A stretch of 64,000 bases of DNA, taken from positions 58,156,001-58,220,000 of the forward strand of contig OX597832.1 of the NCBI GenBank assembly GCA_951406725.2. The letters are read 5' to 3'. Shown piece after piece: positions 27,297 through 41,520 of this stretch; position 1 is the stretch's first letter; every line of letters begins with the position of its first letter. This DNA is from Octopus vulgaris. Its lineage: Eukaryota. The notes below the pieces were generated by a model that worked only from the letters and a program-made list of their open reading frames with translations, had not been told where the DNA came from and searched no databases. Made by a program: the position numbers and the translations under genes.

Positions 27297-28022
27297 TGTA
27301 TGTGTATGTATATATATATATATAGGATATATATTTAATATTTTGTACAAATGGGTATATGTTATTAGTGTGTTGAAGTGTTGAGTAAAGCACTGCCACG
27401 GTTTCGGCTACCTGGTGTCATCCGCTATTGGATTATATTTCCGTTGGATCTACTTCAATAATTCTGCAGTTTTAGTTGAGATAATGATAGTTAATTAACC
27501 CGATGATGGATTTGGTATTAGACTTTATTATAAAGACTAATACCAAATCCATCTTTTGGTTACCTAATCAATTATATATATTGCATCATATTATATCATA
27601 TTACTGACTGTACATATTCAGTACTACGGCGATGCACACGTAAGATGTGATTTACTTAAGTATTTAATTCGTCATTATATTTAATCTTACGTATTCATCG
27701 CCGTGGTATCCCAGCACGTAATTCTTTCCCTATTTATATATTGTCAGGGACTGGGCTTTCGGTTCATTTCTAAATGCATTCAGGTACGTGATGATGATAA
27801 GCAACGCAGATGGAGAAATATAGGTATCCATGTCCTGAATCCGATCGGAAGCGTGTAGTCTTGCCTGTCTATCTTTTGCTGATATGTATTAACACGCAGC
27901 TTAATGATGGAATCGTCTCCCGGGCGCTATTCGGCAGTGAGCAGGCGAACAAGCAAAGCAGATGCATTGAGTACATGCGGTCGATAATATTTGCAACGCT
28001 GGCGGTCCTTTTAATTACTTAC

Positions 28023-28089
<67 letters not shown>

Positions 28090-28600
28090 TAAGGTTGTCG
28101 CTATAGATTTTCGTTGGATATTATAACCAGCACTGGTTTGGTTACGACGTTTCGTAACAAGTTAGCATTAGTTAGAATTTCTATAAAAAAATCTGATTAA
28201 ATAGCACTGCTAACACAGTAGAACACAATATTGTGATTTACTATCACTGCTAACACAGCAGAACGCAATATTGACTTATAAAAACGTTTAATTTACTTTG
28301 TAGCATATTATGGCTGCATAACGAAGTACGGTGTCCCTTCCAGTCTTTAATATTTACGTATGAGCTTCTAGGAATGTGTTTAATATGTAAATTGGTATAT
28401 CCACTAATGTTATACCGCTATATTTAGTAACTATTCAAGCAATGAGTTTGTAGATGGTTAATAGATTGGATGGGTGCTGATGAAGAAGCAATATGGCGTG
28501 TACGCCCATCATCCATTTTCATCTTCGGTCTCATTGCTGTTGTTTACGTGTGGCGTCTCAAATACGAAATGTAACACAATCAGTCATGGTTTTAATTTCT

Positions 28601-28784
28601 TTACTCTTTTACTCTTTTATTTGTTTCAGTCATTTGACTGTGGCCATGCTGGTGCACCACCTTTAGTCGCGCAAATCGACCCTAGGACTTATTCTTTGTA
28701 AGCCTAGTACTTATTCTATCGGTCTCTTTTGCCGAACCGCTATGTGACGGGGACGTAAACACACCAACATATACACACACATAC

Positions 28785-28883
<99 letters not shown>

Positions 28884-28888
28884 GTATG

Positions 28889-28930
<42 letters not shown>

Positions 28931-29080
28931 CGACGGACTTCTTTCAGTTTCTGTCCACCAAATCCACTCACACGGCTTTGGTCAACCAGAGGCTATAGAA
29001 GAATTTTGCCCAAGGTGCCATGGCAGTGGGATTGAACCCGGAACCATGTGGTTGGTAAGCAAGCTAATTACCACACACCC
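28601..29080 (-). mobile_element. SINE family B with expanded internal (TA)n
   Basis: Matches 4603-5014. Confidence 0.85.
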
Positions 29081-29250
29081 ACAGAGACAACCTTGACAAG
29101 TGATGGAAGAGCAATGCTAACACAGTAGAACAAGGTATTGCCTAAAAAAAAAACATTTAATATGCTTTGTGGCATATGTTATGGTTGCATAACGAAATAT
29201 AGTGTCCCTAAAATTCATTAAAAATAACGTGATATTTTATTCGACTCTTT

Positions 29251-29530
29251 GGAGCAGCTGTGTGGTAAGTAGCTTGCTTACGAACCACATGGTTCCGGGT
29301 TCAGTCCCACTGCGTGGCACCTTGTCAAATGTCTTCTACTGTTTGTCCTCCCAACATCGCTTGACATTCGATGCTGGTGTGTTTACGTCCCCGTAACTTA
29401 GCGGTTCGGCAAAAGAGACCGATAGAATAAGTACTCGGCTTATAAAGAATAAGTCCTGGGTTCGATTTGCTCGACTAAAACGCGGTGCTCCAGCATGGCC
29501 ACTGTCAAATGACTGAAACAAGTAAAAGAG
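29251..29530 (+). mobile_element. SINE family B, internally deleted
   Basis: Head and tail match 15043-15423; the middle is missing. Confidence 0.8.
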
Positions 29531-31054
29531 AAAATGGACGAACTGGTTAACGTATATTCGAGTATGCCGTTTGTATCGCTTAAACCATTTTGGAACGCAA
29601 ATTTGTTAAGCTGGATCGAACCTTTGTATACAAAATCGCAATTACAATTTCATTTTGTATAACTATGAATTCTACAACAATTATTACATTTTAAAAACCT
29701 CAACATAATACGCAGCTATATTTAATTCTAATTTGCTATATGGAACATAATATTTCGATTTTTAAAATATATTTCTTATAATTTTAAAATTATGGTGTAG
29801 AAATTATATTACATGTACGCAATGAAAATGATTTCTCATTTTATTTTCTTGTCTTTTCGCATATATTTCGTATTATATCTTCTTTTTTCTTTGTGAAATA
29901 ATATCACTTGTAATATTGATATTAGCTATGAACTTGATATCCTGTTTTATAGATATTGTTCTGTTCATTCTATTATTGATAGCATCTATATCATTAGCAT
30001 TCGGGTTACGATCTTTATTGAATTTTGTGTGTCGATAATAGTTATTAGCTGCCATACAGAAATAGAATTACACAAATCTCATGATTGAAAAAGAAAAAAA
30101 AAGAAAAAGAAAAAGAAAACAAAACAAACAAAAAAAATAGAGAGAGGCTACGAAGCAACAACAAAACGAAAGAAAATAAAAAAAAAACAATACAGTAATA
30201 AGGATATACAAAAAGCAAAATTTTGGGGATTATTCACATATTACACATATAACATTTTAAAAATTAGTGGCTTATACGAGAGGAAATATCTCACGAGAAA
30301 AGGTGGGCATTTCACAGACGAGTAATTCTAAGTATATCTCTGCCGATTTAACCACTTGCTCGTTATAAAAGCTGTCAGCTGGTCTTCTTTTCCATCAAAA
30401 TTCTATTTGCATTGCTAACATTTATTTTATTTATTTCAAACGAATGATAACTGATTTTGTTGTTTTTCTTCCTATTTAATCTTCTTGTATTTTTTGTGTC
30501 TTTTCTTTTTTTTTTTTTTTGATATTTCGCAAATCTACAACACCTTACATATCTTGATGGTGTGAATTAGATATGGATTATGCTTCAGCATATATTTTCC
30601 TATATACGTATAAGCTGCGGATTATATAGGTAAGCTATATATCTAATACGTACTCACAAATGCATAGATATTTAAAAATTTATGGTATAGAACTTTTGTC
30701 ATTTTGATGAAGCTGCAGTTCTATAATAATGATGACATTAATGATGATGATGATAATAATAATAATAATAGTGACAATAATGATGATGATAATAATAATA
30801 ATAATAATGCTAAATTCTGTAGGAGATATAACAAAGGCGTTTTATGTTAACCTTCCATCAACACACTTTTGTTGTTGTCTTGTCTGTGTATGTGCGTATG
30901 TAACATGTCTCTGATTATATGTATGTAGATACATATACACATACATATATACATACGTACACACGCACACAGGCATATGTGTGTATGCTGAAAGAGGTAT
31001 AAATATACATCGGTCTTAACATACTCTATATTTATAAGTCTATATATACGTACG

Positions 31055-31095
<41 letters not shown>

Positions 31096-31100
<5 letters not shown>

Positions 31101-32130
31101 CTTACTTGGAGGAAACGAAGGACAGCTGATGAAGGGGAATTTTCCTTGTGTTGTTTGTCTTGTACTCTGTTTTTTCGTTGTTAAAAATAGGTCCGTTTCC
31201 ATGTTTGTTTTTACGTTTTCGTTTCTCGTTGAGTTCTACGCCTATTTGTGGTGTCCTGTACTCACGTATATATATTTATAAATGCATGTATATATACATG
31301 TAGATGTAGGTACGTACATATATGTATGTATGTATGCATATATTTTATTTATTAAATTATTGTATGACTGAGCGCCCTCGCGTCGTTTCGTTTCCTCCAA
31401 GTAAGTTTTTATATATAATTATGACGCGAAACTCTATAACCTTTGCTTGACCTTCCCTTCCTTCCTTGTCTTCCTCTTTGCCTTTCTCTCTTTTTCACCC
31501 TTTCTGGTTTCCTTTCCTCTCTATCTCTCTCTCTCTCTCACTCCTCCTCATCTCTCTCACAGCCGGGTGACCACTTCCTTTCGCTTGCGGCCTCCTACAA
31601 GTGAACACGCTTTTTTCCTACGCTCTTAAAAATCTTTCCTCGTCTAGGCCAAAAACGGCCCTCATCGTTTGTTTTCTTGTTTGTTTTTATTTCTTGTACT
31701 GTATTTTTTTGTAATTGTATTTTTATTTTGTATTTTATTTTGTAATTTTATTTGTATCGTTTTTACGTCCTGTTTTTGTCACATTTTTTTCTTTCCTTGT
31801 TTTTACCCCTCTGCAAAGGAATTTTATTTAATTCTTTCGCAGGAAGGGCTAGTACGACGAGTCGTGTTCTGCCCTCACCTTCGAAACACGCATGGAGTCG
31901 AACTAGGGACAGCTGATGGAAGGGAATTTTCCTTGTGTTGTTTGTCTTGTACTCTGTTTTTTCGTTGTTAAAAAAGTCCGTTTCCATGTTTGTTTTTACG
32001 TTTTCGTTTCTCGTTGAGTTCTACGTCTATGTGTGGTGTCCTGTACTCACGTATATATATTTATATATGCATGTATATATACATGTAGATGTAGGTACGT
32101 ACCTATATGTATGCATATATTTTATTTATT

Positions 32131-32137
<7 letters not shown>
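31096..32137. mobile_element. Non-autonomous element with Penelope-like architecture (direct ~235-nt repeats plus short inverted terminus)
   Basis: Direct repeats at 31120-31360 and 31907-32137; perfect 24-nt inverted repeat 31096-31119 / 31387-31410; embedded in (TA)n. Confidence 0.6.
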
Positions 32138-32191
<54 letters not shown>

Positions 32192-32252
32192 CTGCAAGTA
32201 TTTGTATTTATTAACATATATGTATTTCTCGTATATAGGTATATAACCATGC

Positions 32253-32316
<64 letters not shown>

Positions 32317-32326
32317 GTATATAGCC

Positions 32327-32363
<37 letters not shown>

Positions 32364-32364
<1 letters not shown>

Positions 32365-33243
32365 GAGATGGTATCAAAAGGTTCCCGGACTAGTTATGCT
32401 TAATAAAAAAATAACTGATTTACCATCATCTCCTTCGAAATAGGTACCTTGCGCAGCATAACATCGGTCTCTGCGTTCCTGCCACTTTTGGAATGGAATG
32501 CGACCTAGATACCGTTTTCCGTAAGCGAGTCGAGGACCTTCTGCAATTCGCTCTGGATCTCGACTATGGCGTTAAAACGATGACATTTGAGCTGCATTTT
32601 TATCTTGGGAAAGGGCTGGAAGCCCACAGGTGCTGAATCTGACGAAGAGGGAGGGCTGCGGAAGCGATACCATGTTGTTTTTGGCGAGAAACTCACGTGT
32701 GAAGAGAGCTCGGTGAGGAATCCAATTTTTCGCTCTTCACAAATCCGGTCGCTTTCGCCGAATGCCCTCCCTCAAACGCTTGAAAGTGCTGCAGTAGAAC
32801 TCTCGACTGGCGGTCTAAACCTGAAGCGTAATACCATATTTCCAGGAGTGACCTTTGTGGCAGGCTTTCTAGATCGCTCATTGCCTTCCAAGGACCTTCT
32901 ACCACTTTTAAAGTGCCCGTGTCACCCGAAACATTGCGTACCACCCATTGCCGCATCGCCATAATCTTGCTGAAGCATATTCAATGTCTTTGTAGTGGAC
33001 TTCCCAAGTTTAACGCGAAATTTCACGTTGGCTCATTGTTTCTGTCCATGACAAAATCGCAGACTACATCATACATGGGATTACAAAAACACAAATTTCA
33101 CAACTTGCGAAGTAAACACAGCGATGTCACACGACACACACCTTTATGAAGGTCACTGCTAACTCTCACTGAGCACGCAACCATGTGCGGCCATCTGTTG
33201 GCGCGCTACAGAACTAGTCGGGGAATCTTTTGATACCACCTCG
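32364..33243 (-). mobile_element. Internally deleted mariner with both TIRs
   Basis: TIRs cgagatggtatcaaaaggttcccggactagtt / aactagtcggggaatcttttgataccacctcg followed by TA; remnant DSAPVGFQPFPKIKMQLKCHRF resembles mariner DLAPxDFxLFPKxKxxLKGxRF. Confidence 0.88.
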
Positions 33244-33286
33244 TAAAAACATACAAAAAGATAGAGATAGATATTTTCTACAGGTT

Positions 33287-33598
33287 TCTTATTTCTTTAC
33301 TGCACACAAGTGGCTACACACAAAGGGGACAAACAAGGAAAGACAAACGGATTAAGTCGATTATATCAACCTCAGAGCGTAACTGGTACTTATTTAATCG
33401 ACCTCGAAAGGATGAAAGGTAAAGTCGATCTCGGTGGAATTTGAACTCAGAACGTAGCGGCAGACGAACTACCGCTAAGCATTTCACCCGGCGTGCTAAC
33501 GTTTCTTATTTCTTTACTACCCACAAAGGGTTAAACACAAAGGTGACAAACAAGGACAGACAAACGGATTAAGTCGATTATATCGACCCCAGTGCGTA
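33287..33598 (-). mobile_element. Nested family A SINE fragments
   Basis: Two long tails and one body on the minus strand. Confidence 0.75.
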
Positions 33599-33623
33599 AA
33601 GGACACAGCCAATTCATATATAT

Positions 33624-33834
33624 TCTTTTACTCTTTTACTTGTTTCAATCATTTGACTGCGCCATGCTGGAGCACCGCCTTTAGTCGAGCAAATCGACCC
33701 CAGGACTTATTCTTTGTAAGCCTAGTACTTATCTACCGGTCTCTTTTGTCGAACCGCTAAGTTATAGGGACGTAAACATACCAGCACCGGTTGTCAAGCG
33801 ATGTTGGTGGGCCAAATACAGCCACACAAACACG

Positions 33835-33924
<90 letters not shown>

Positions 33925-34085
33925 CGTATATACGACGGTCTTCTTTCAGTTTCCGTGTACCAAATCCCCTCACAAGACTCTGGTCGGCCCGAGGCTATAG
34001 TAGAAGATACTTGACCAAGGTGCCACGCAGTGGGACTGAGCCTGGAACCATGTGGATGGTAAGCAAGCTACTTACCACACAGCCA
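33624..34085 (-). mobile_element. SINE family B, near full length
   Basis: Matches 4603-5014. Confidence 0.85.
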
Positions 34086-34408
34086 ATATTCTTTTAAAAC
34101 ACGAATAACATGAAATTTTTTTCATAATTGATATGAAATTTTAAACAACATTCAGTAATATTAATATTCTCGGTATTGCATAGGAAACAGGTATGTGTTC
34201 GGTGACCTATATAGAACACATCAATGTCACCATCGCTACATATTGGAAAATAATATTAAAATATAGAAAATATAATTATTATGCAGGATATCCAAATTAT
34301 GAATGCTAGTTTCGTAATAATATATGCAAAAACGAAAGAAATAGTTTTTTTTTGTGTTAACATCATAATAGAAGAATAATTACGTTATACATTGTTATAT
34401 GGCGGTAC

Positions 34409-34489
<81 letters not shown>

Positions 34490-34820
34490 TATTATTATTA
34501 TTAAGGGGGATGATGTTGCTTATAGCAAGATGTATATACACTAATGTGATTACATAAGTTGATGAAGTCGCAACGTTTTTTATTATCAGTGTTTTTAAAA
34601 GACGCCATTTCATACCTACATTCCTGATTACCTTTCGATATTTTTCATGTATTTCTTTTTCTTGTTCTTCCCTTCTTTCTCTTTGTTTTTTTCTTTCTTT
34701 CATTTTTTTCTTTCTTTAGTTCTTTCTTTGGTTCTTTCTCTTCACTCGTTTTGCTTCCTTTGTGCGTGTGTACATATATATATGTGTGTGTGTGTGTGTC
34801 TATGTCTATCTATCCGTCGT

Positions 34821-34870
<50 letters not shown>

Positions 34871-34902
34871 CATCCTTCTCCCTCTCCCTCCCCCTCTCTC
34901 TC

Positions 34903-34944
<42 letters not shown>

Positions 34945-34996
34945 CTTCTATCTGTATCTCTCTATGTATGTATGTTTGTATGTATTTGTCTGTCTT

Positions 34997-35066
<70 letters not shown>

Positions 35067-35603
35067 GGACTATCTTTCTATTTGTCTACCTACCTATCTA
35101 TCAGTCTGTCTGTTTGTCTGCTTCTCTGTTTGTCTACCTGTCTGTCTGTCTGTCTACCTGCCTGTCTGTCTTTCTGTCTGTCTGTCTCTGTCTCTCTGTC
35201 TCTCTCTCAGTCTTTCTTTTATAATCTCGATTTAATCAATACTTTATGCGGGGAATTAGTAGAAAACTATGAAAATTATATATATTTCGTCTGAATACTA
35301 CAATAGCGTGAACCTCAAGTCGCGGGACAAACACATTACTTCAACTTTAATAAAATGCTCCACCCATACACAAACACACACACACACGCACGCATATATA
35401 CGCATACATTTATGTACACATATATTTGAGTGTACTCAAGTAAATATATAGATATACACATATATTTAATAGATGGCGAATTCATTGGCGTGAAATGTAA
35501 TTAAGGAGAAAAGAATTTGTGAAAGCTCTTAGTTTGAGATTTCTGTTCCTAAATGGAATAAGAGAATCTTGGTAAGGACTTATAGATTCCAAGCTCATGT
35601 GTA

Positions 35604-35710
<107 letters not shown>

Positions 35711-36006
35711 ATGAGTGTGTGTGTGTTATGCCGTGGGTATATACGTCTGGTGTAAAATGGGATTACACAAATAAATAGTTGGTTGTGGTTATCTAATAAT
35801 AACCTATCGCAGAAATATATGTTAAAACTCACTCCGTACTACTCGAACATAGGTACGACACTCAGTTTTCACTGTTCAACTACCGAACATATCCAAGTAA
35901 CACTGTTAACCAGCACGGTCGAACTAACACCGTCAACTATCCCCTTGGCAGTTCACTCACTTCTTATTTTTTGTAATCGGTTAGTCCAATGTCAGTATCC
36001 TATAAC

Positions 36007-36058
<52 letters not shown>

Positions 36059-36215
36059 GGTTATGAAAGGTAATGGTGTCATTGAGACCCAAAGGTGTCA
36101 GGTAATACTGAATAAGTGCTATAGATAGACCATAGTTAAGTTCCAGGTTCGGTGATTATGCGAGTAAAGGCTTTCAACGTTGGTCATATGTCAGCGTGTG
36201 TATATAATTTGTTTT

Positions 36216-36320
36216 GTAATGAGATAAGAAAACCAAAGCTGTGTAGATTTTAGAACATTTTTAGACCTATCTATAAATGTTCTAAAATCTATACAGCCTT
36301 GGTTTTTTTTATCTCATTAC
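36216..36320. repeat. Long inverted repeat (~50-nt arms)
   Basis: gtaatgagataagaaaaccaaagctgtgtagattttagaacatttttag pairs with ctataaatgttctaaaatctatacagccttggtttttttt-atctcattac. Confidence 0.8.
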
Positions 36321-36531
36321 GAAAAGAATTAATATATATATATATATATATATATAGATGTATATATGTGTATGTATACATACATCTTTGTTGCTTCCTT
36401 GTTTTATTACCCACGTTCTAATCTAATTCAGTACCCATTTCGTTTTTGAATATTCCCTTCCTAAATTTTATAACTATAATCTCATGTTTCTCATATTTTA
36501 ATGGTTTTAATGTTTTCCCAAATTATTTATA

Positions 36532-36591
<60 letters not shown>

Positions 36592-37506
36592 GTATGCATA
36601 TATATGAGTATGTGTATATATATATATATGTATGTACGTAGTTGGAAGTATATATATATATGTATATATATATCTATATATGTGTGTATGTATATATGTA
36701 TGCATATGGATATGTATATAGATATGCATAATGTGCGCGCGTGCGTGTATATTCAAAAAAATAAGGTAGATAGTCTGAAAAACATCTTTAGTACAAACAG
36801 ATACAGTTCGGATGGACGGGCATAAGTGTGATTCCTTCTTCAGTTGCCAACTGTAAATCATAACAATATCGACACCTAATATAATATTGTTCATTCCAAT
36901 GATTGCCATCACCCATTAGAGTTGTGAGTATGCAGACGATTCCGCTGGAAATACGGTCTAAACCATTAAAATATGAGAAGCATATGAGATTATAGTTATA
37001 AATTTAGGAAGGGAATATGCAAAAACGAAATGGGAGCTGGATTAGATTAGAACGTGGGTCATAAAATAAGGAAAGCAATGTATGGCGGAAAAATAGTATG
37101 TAATCTTGGGTCTCCCTTACAAATTGGAAGAAAGGAAAACAAACGTCCATTACCACGAAAAGCGAAGGAAACAAACAGGATGAAACAGGAAGCAAATACG
37201 TCGTTTTACGATTAAAGGAAGTAAGTGATATGAGCGAAGATAGAATTTGTGTTAGCGAAAGGATGGTGTGTGAGACGGAGAAGTTGGGAAAATTTGGTGG
37301 TAGGACGAAGTGGGAGTGAGAGTGGGAGTAAGACAGAGACTATCAGAGAAAGAAAGAGAGAGAGATTTGGGGAGAGAATGTAGGGAGGTGGAGGGGAGAA
37401 AAGACCACAGCCTAGATGAGATAATAGAGAGAAGGTAACAGGTAAATGGGAAAACGTGGTGGACGGTAAGAGGTTATCAAAGGGCATGTGTGTTTGTATA
37501 AATCTA

Positions 37507-37626
<120 letters not shown>

Positions 37627-37697
37627 CATCCATCTATCTATCTATTTATTTATTTATTTATCTCTCTCTCTCTCTATCTATCTATCTTTCTATATAT

Positions 37698-37740
<43 letters not shown>

Positions 37741-37854
37741 CTCACATATATATATATGTATGTATGTATATATGTATGTGTGTGTGTGAGTTTATGTGTT
37801 TGTTTGTATATATTATATGCATACATATGCATAGAAGCATAGCACATATAAGCA

Positions 37855-37910
<56 letters not shown>

Positions 37911-38856
37911 TATCATATCATATCATAAAATTATTTTTAAACTCTCTATTTATGGAACGAGAAAATATTGCAATTGAATGCATTAAAGCAGCGTGTGTTC
38001 ATATGTAGATATGTAAATATATTTCCTTTCTTTCTTATACAGAATTTTTCAAAGAGGAGTTAGGAAAAGCGAACGTTCAGGAGTTATATCTAATGGAGAG
38101 AAAGATGAAGATTAATAAAAAAAAATCTTAAATAAGAACAAACATGAATCGATCTGTTTATTCTTTATTTATTAATGTTTCTATTTATTAAAAAAATTTA
38201 CGTATTTTAGCATATATCCTCGCATTAATTTTTAATTTTTAATTTCTATTTTCCAATCATTCATTAATAAATTCATATCGTTATTTATCGTCAAATATGA
38301 CAAAGTTTCCACGAGGTTTTCCCCACACGAATTCATACTTTCATATCTCTATTTATTCGTTATTTCACATATTTGATTGTTGCAGAATTGGAGAGGTTAG
38401 TATAAAACCCAAACTTGCTATCTTCGTTTCGGTTCCCATGCCTTTCGTCAGCTATATTTCATGAAAGTTAGGTCAAAACCGAAAGAACATAATTGCGAAT
38501 ACAAGCGACAGAAATGTAGTCCCTCGGAAAAATTTCCAAGATGACGTTATTTGATGGGTCGTTTAGGTTGGAGACCTGGGAGTCTCTCCAAGTTAATCCT
38601 CTACTTCTCTGTGAAGGGGCATGGCTTAGTGGTTTGAGTGTTGGACTCACGTTCGTAAGGTTATGGTTTCGATTCCTGAACCGGGCAATGCGTTGTGTTC
38701 TTGAGCAAAGCACTTCGTTTTACGTTGCTCCAGTCCACTCAGCTGGCGAAAATGAGTAATCCTGCGATGGACTGGCGTCCCATCCAGGTGGCGATTGTAT
38801 ACGCCATGAAACCGGGAAAGGTGAGTTACTCTACCCTATCTCTCCGCTTTGATATT

Positions 38857-39260
38857 CTTTTACTTGTTTCAGTCATTTGACTGTGGCCATGCTGGAGCAC
38901 CGCCTTTAGTCCAGCAAATCGACTTATCCTTTGTAAACCTAGTACTTACTTTATCGGTCTCTTTTGCCAAATCGCTGGTTTATGGGGATGTAAACACACC
39001 AGCATCGGTTGTCAAACGATGCTGGGACACACACACACACACATACACATACACACACACACGCACACAAACACACGCACGCATACACACACACATGTAT
39101 ATATGGCGGGCCTCTTTCGGTTCCGTCTACCAAATCCACTCACAAGGCTTTGGTCGGCCTCAGGCTATAGAAGACAGTTGCCCAAGGTGCCATGCAGTGG
39201 GACTGAACCCGGAAGCATGTGGTTGGTAAGCAAGCTACTCACCACACAACCACTCTTGCA
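38857..39260 (-). mobile_element. SINE family B
   Basis: Matches other copies; preceded by a diverged tRNA-headed SINE at about 38615-38820 (+). Confidence 0.8.
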
Positions 39261-39329
39261 AAATGTTTATTTTTAAACTTTTAACCGAGAGATTGCGTAA
39301 ACTTTGCCTGAAATAACTTTTGAATTTAC

Positions 39330-39760
39330 TGAATCAATTTATTTCATTGAAAAGATCTGGGCTATCCACCGACAATCTCACGTGGGAAATGAAACCATCT
39401 CATCGGCAACCCCCGGAAAAAAACGCCCATTTCTCCACACAGCCACAGTTCCATACAATGGACATGTGATTAGAATGTCACAGGAAAGAATTGCAAGACG
39501 GAGGATTCTTCAAGCGAAGCCAAACGGCAGGAGTCCTAATGGTAGACCAAGAACGAAATGGTTGGATAATATCTCTAGTCTCAATCATGCTTGGGAATGC
39601 AGCCAGAATGCCTAGTGAAGGGTTACTTTTGATAGAACACAATAGTTGAAGTTTATTCACTGATTACCAAAATCAGAAATATCAGATAGTTGAGGTGGTC
39701 GAGAACTCGCCCCAATAAGATCCCGCCCCAGGAATTGCGGGTGGAGAAGATGGATGGAAG
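39330..39760 (+). mobile_element. RTE-clade LINE 3' fragment, degenerate
   Basis: GHVIRMSQERIARR..QAKPNGRSPNGRPRTKWLDNI is the typical RTE C-terminal motif. Confidence 0.8.
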
Positions 39761-40151
39761 GAAAATTTATTTTAAACAAACTACAGGGAAGACAATATTT
39801 TATCGTTTATCATTTATTTGTGTTTGTCAGTGGACTGTGGCCACACTGGAGCACCGTCTTCTAAAATTTTGTTTTAACCTATCTACCACAGTACTTATAC
39901 TTTTAAAGTCTGGGACTTCTTTTTTAGAGTCTGGGACTTCTTGGATCTATCGAGTCTATCTTATATATTTTCTTTTTACCGAAAAGCTAAATTGTGGGGA
40001 TATAGACAAACCAACACCGGTTTTCGAACAGTGGTGGGTGATTGGAAGCAGCAAGAGTGGATGGACGGAAATGAGATATTTTAAAATCCACATCTAGCCA
40101 TTTTGTCAAAATCCCCATGTCAGTATTCATATTTTCGTGCCTCCATCCGTT

Positions 40152-40196
<45 letters not shown>

Positions 40197-41182
40197 GTTG
40201 TTTTATACATTATGTTTCTAATTAATTCATTTACGAATTAATTATTTGTTAACCACTTGCCCTTTTAATTATAACCCACACATCTATAAACAAATCTATT
40301 CTCTCCATTGCCTTCCATACTCATTCTCTCACAATCACCTCACATCTACCTGTAACCATTCAACATACAACCATTCCTTCTCTACTAGTCACGTCTACAA
40401 CCATAATTTTTTATATGCCCCAACTGAGCAGACCTCCGAAGAAAACCATTCCTTACATGGCCATCCCATGGTCGTTGTATACTGGACTTCAGTATACAAC
40501 ATGTCCGTTTTCTTTCACGACAGAAGGTGAAAATCTGAAGGAAACTTCTCTACTATGTTTGCAAATCAAAAAACCACATAGACGGTCCCTCGATGGATCG
40601 TTATCAATAATTCATTCTTCCCTAATGACGTCCTTTACAGAATCGTCGCCATTTTGATTAGAATATCGATATATTATATAGATACAAAGACACTTAACAG
40701 GAAGAGGAGGTCTATAATCGATGAAATCGATATCAGTACGGTTCAATGAATTAGTTTTCTCAAATGTTAAACTTTCCTAAATAGTTTAGAAACATTTTCT
40801 CCTACTTATTTTACCGATTCCAAAGAGATAATAACAAGGCAAATTAAGTCTCGGTGGAATTTAATCTGAGAAGATTAAGGGTCGTAACTAAATACCAAAA
40901 GACGCTTTGTCCGATTCCACACCTAGTCAGAAAGTCCACGTCTGTTTAACAACGACGACGACGAAAAGAACAAGAACAAGAACAATAGCAGTAATACTCG
41001 GAAGGTCGTTATTTTGAGAAGATATTTTTCAATATCACCGATCCTAGTATTTTACTGGTATTTTATTCTCGAAAAATAAGATGATCTCGGTAAGATTAGA
41101 AAGAAGAAAGTGCTGGAATTTTTAAACGCAAGGTACATATTTCCGAACGAACTTCTGACGGTTCTGTCAATTACCCACCTTT

Positions 41183-41203
41183 ATAATGATGATGATGATG
41201 ATG

Positions 41204-41253
<50 letters not shown>

Positions 41254-41278
41254 GATAATAGCAATAATAATAATACCA

Positions 41279-41313
<35 letters not shown>

Positions 41314-41325
41314 TAATAATAATAG

Positions 41326-41385
<60 letters not shown>

Positions 41386-41420
41386 TAATAATATTAATAA
41401 TAATAATAATAATCATAATC

Positions 41421-41451
<31 letters not shown>

Positions 41452-41459
41452 TGATGATG

Positions 41460-41509
<50 letters not shown>

Positions 41510-41520
41510 GATGATAATAA
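41183..41520. repeat. (AAT)/(GAT)n array
   Basis: Directly visible. Confidence 0.95.
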
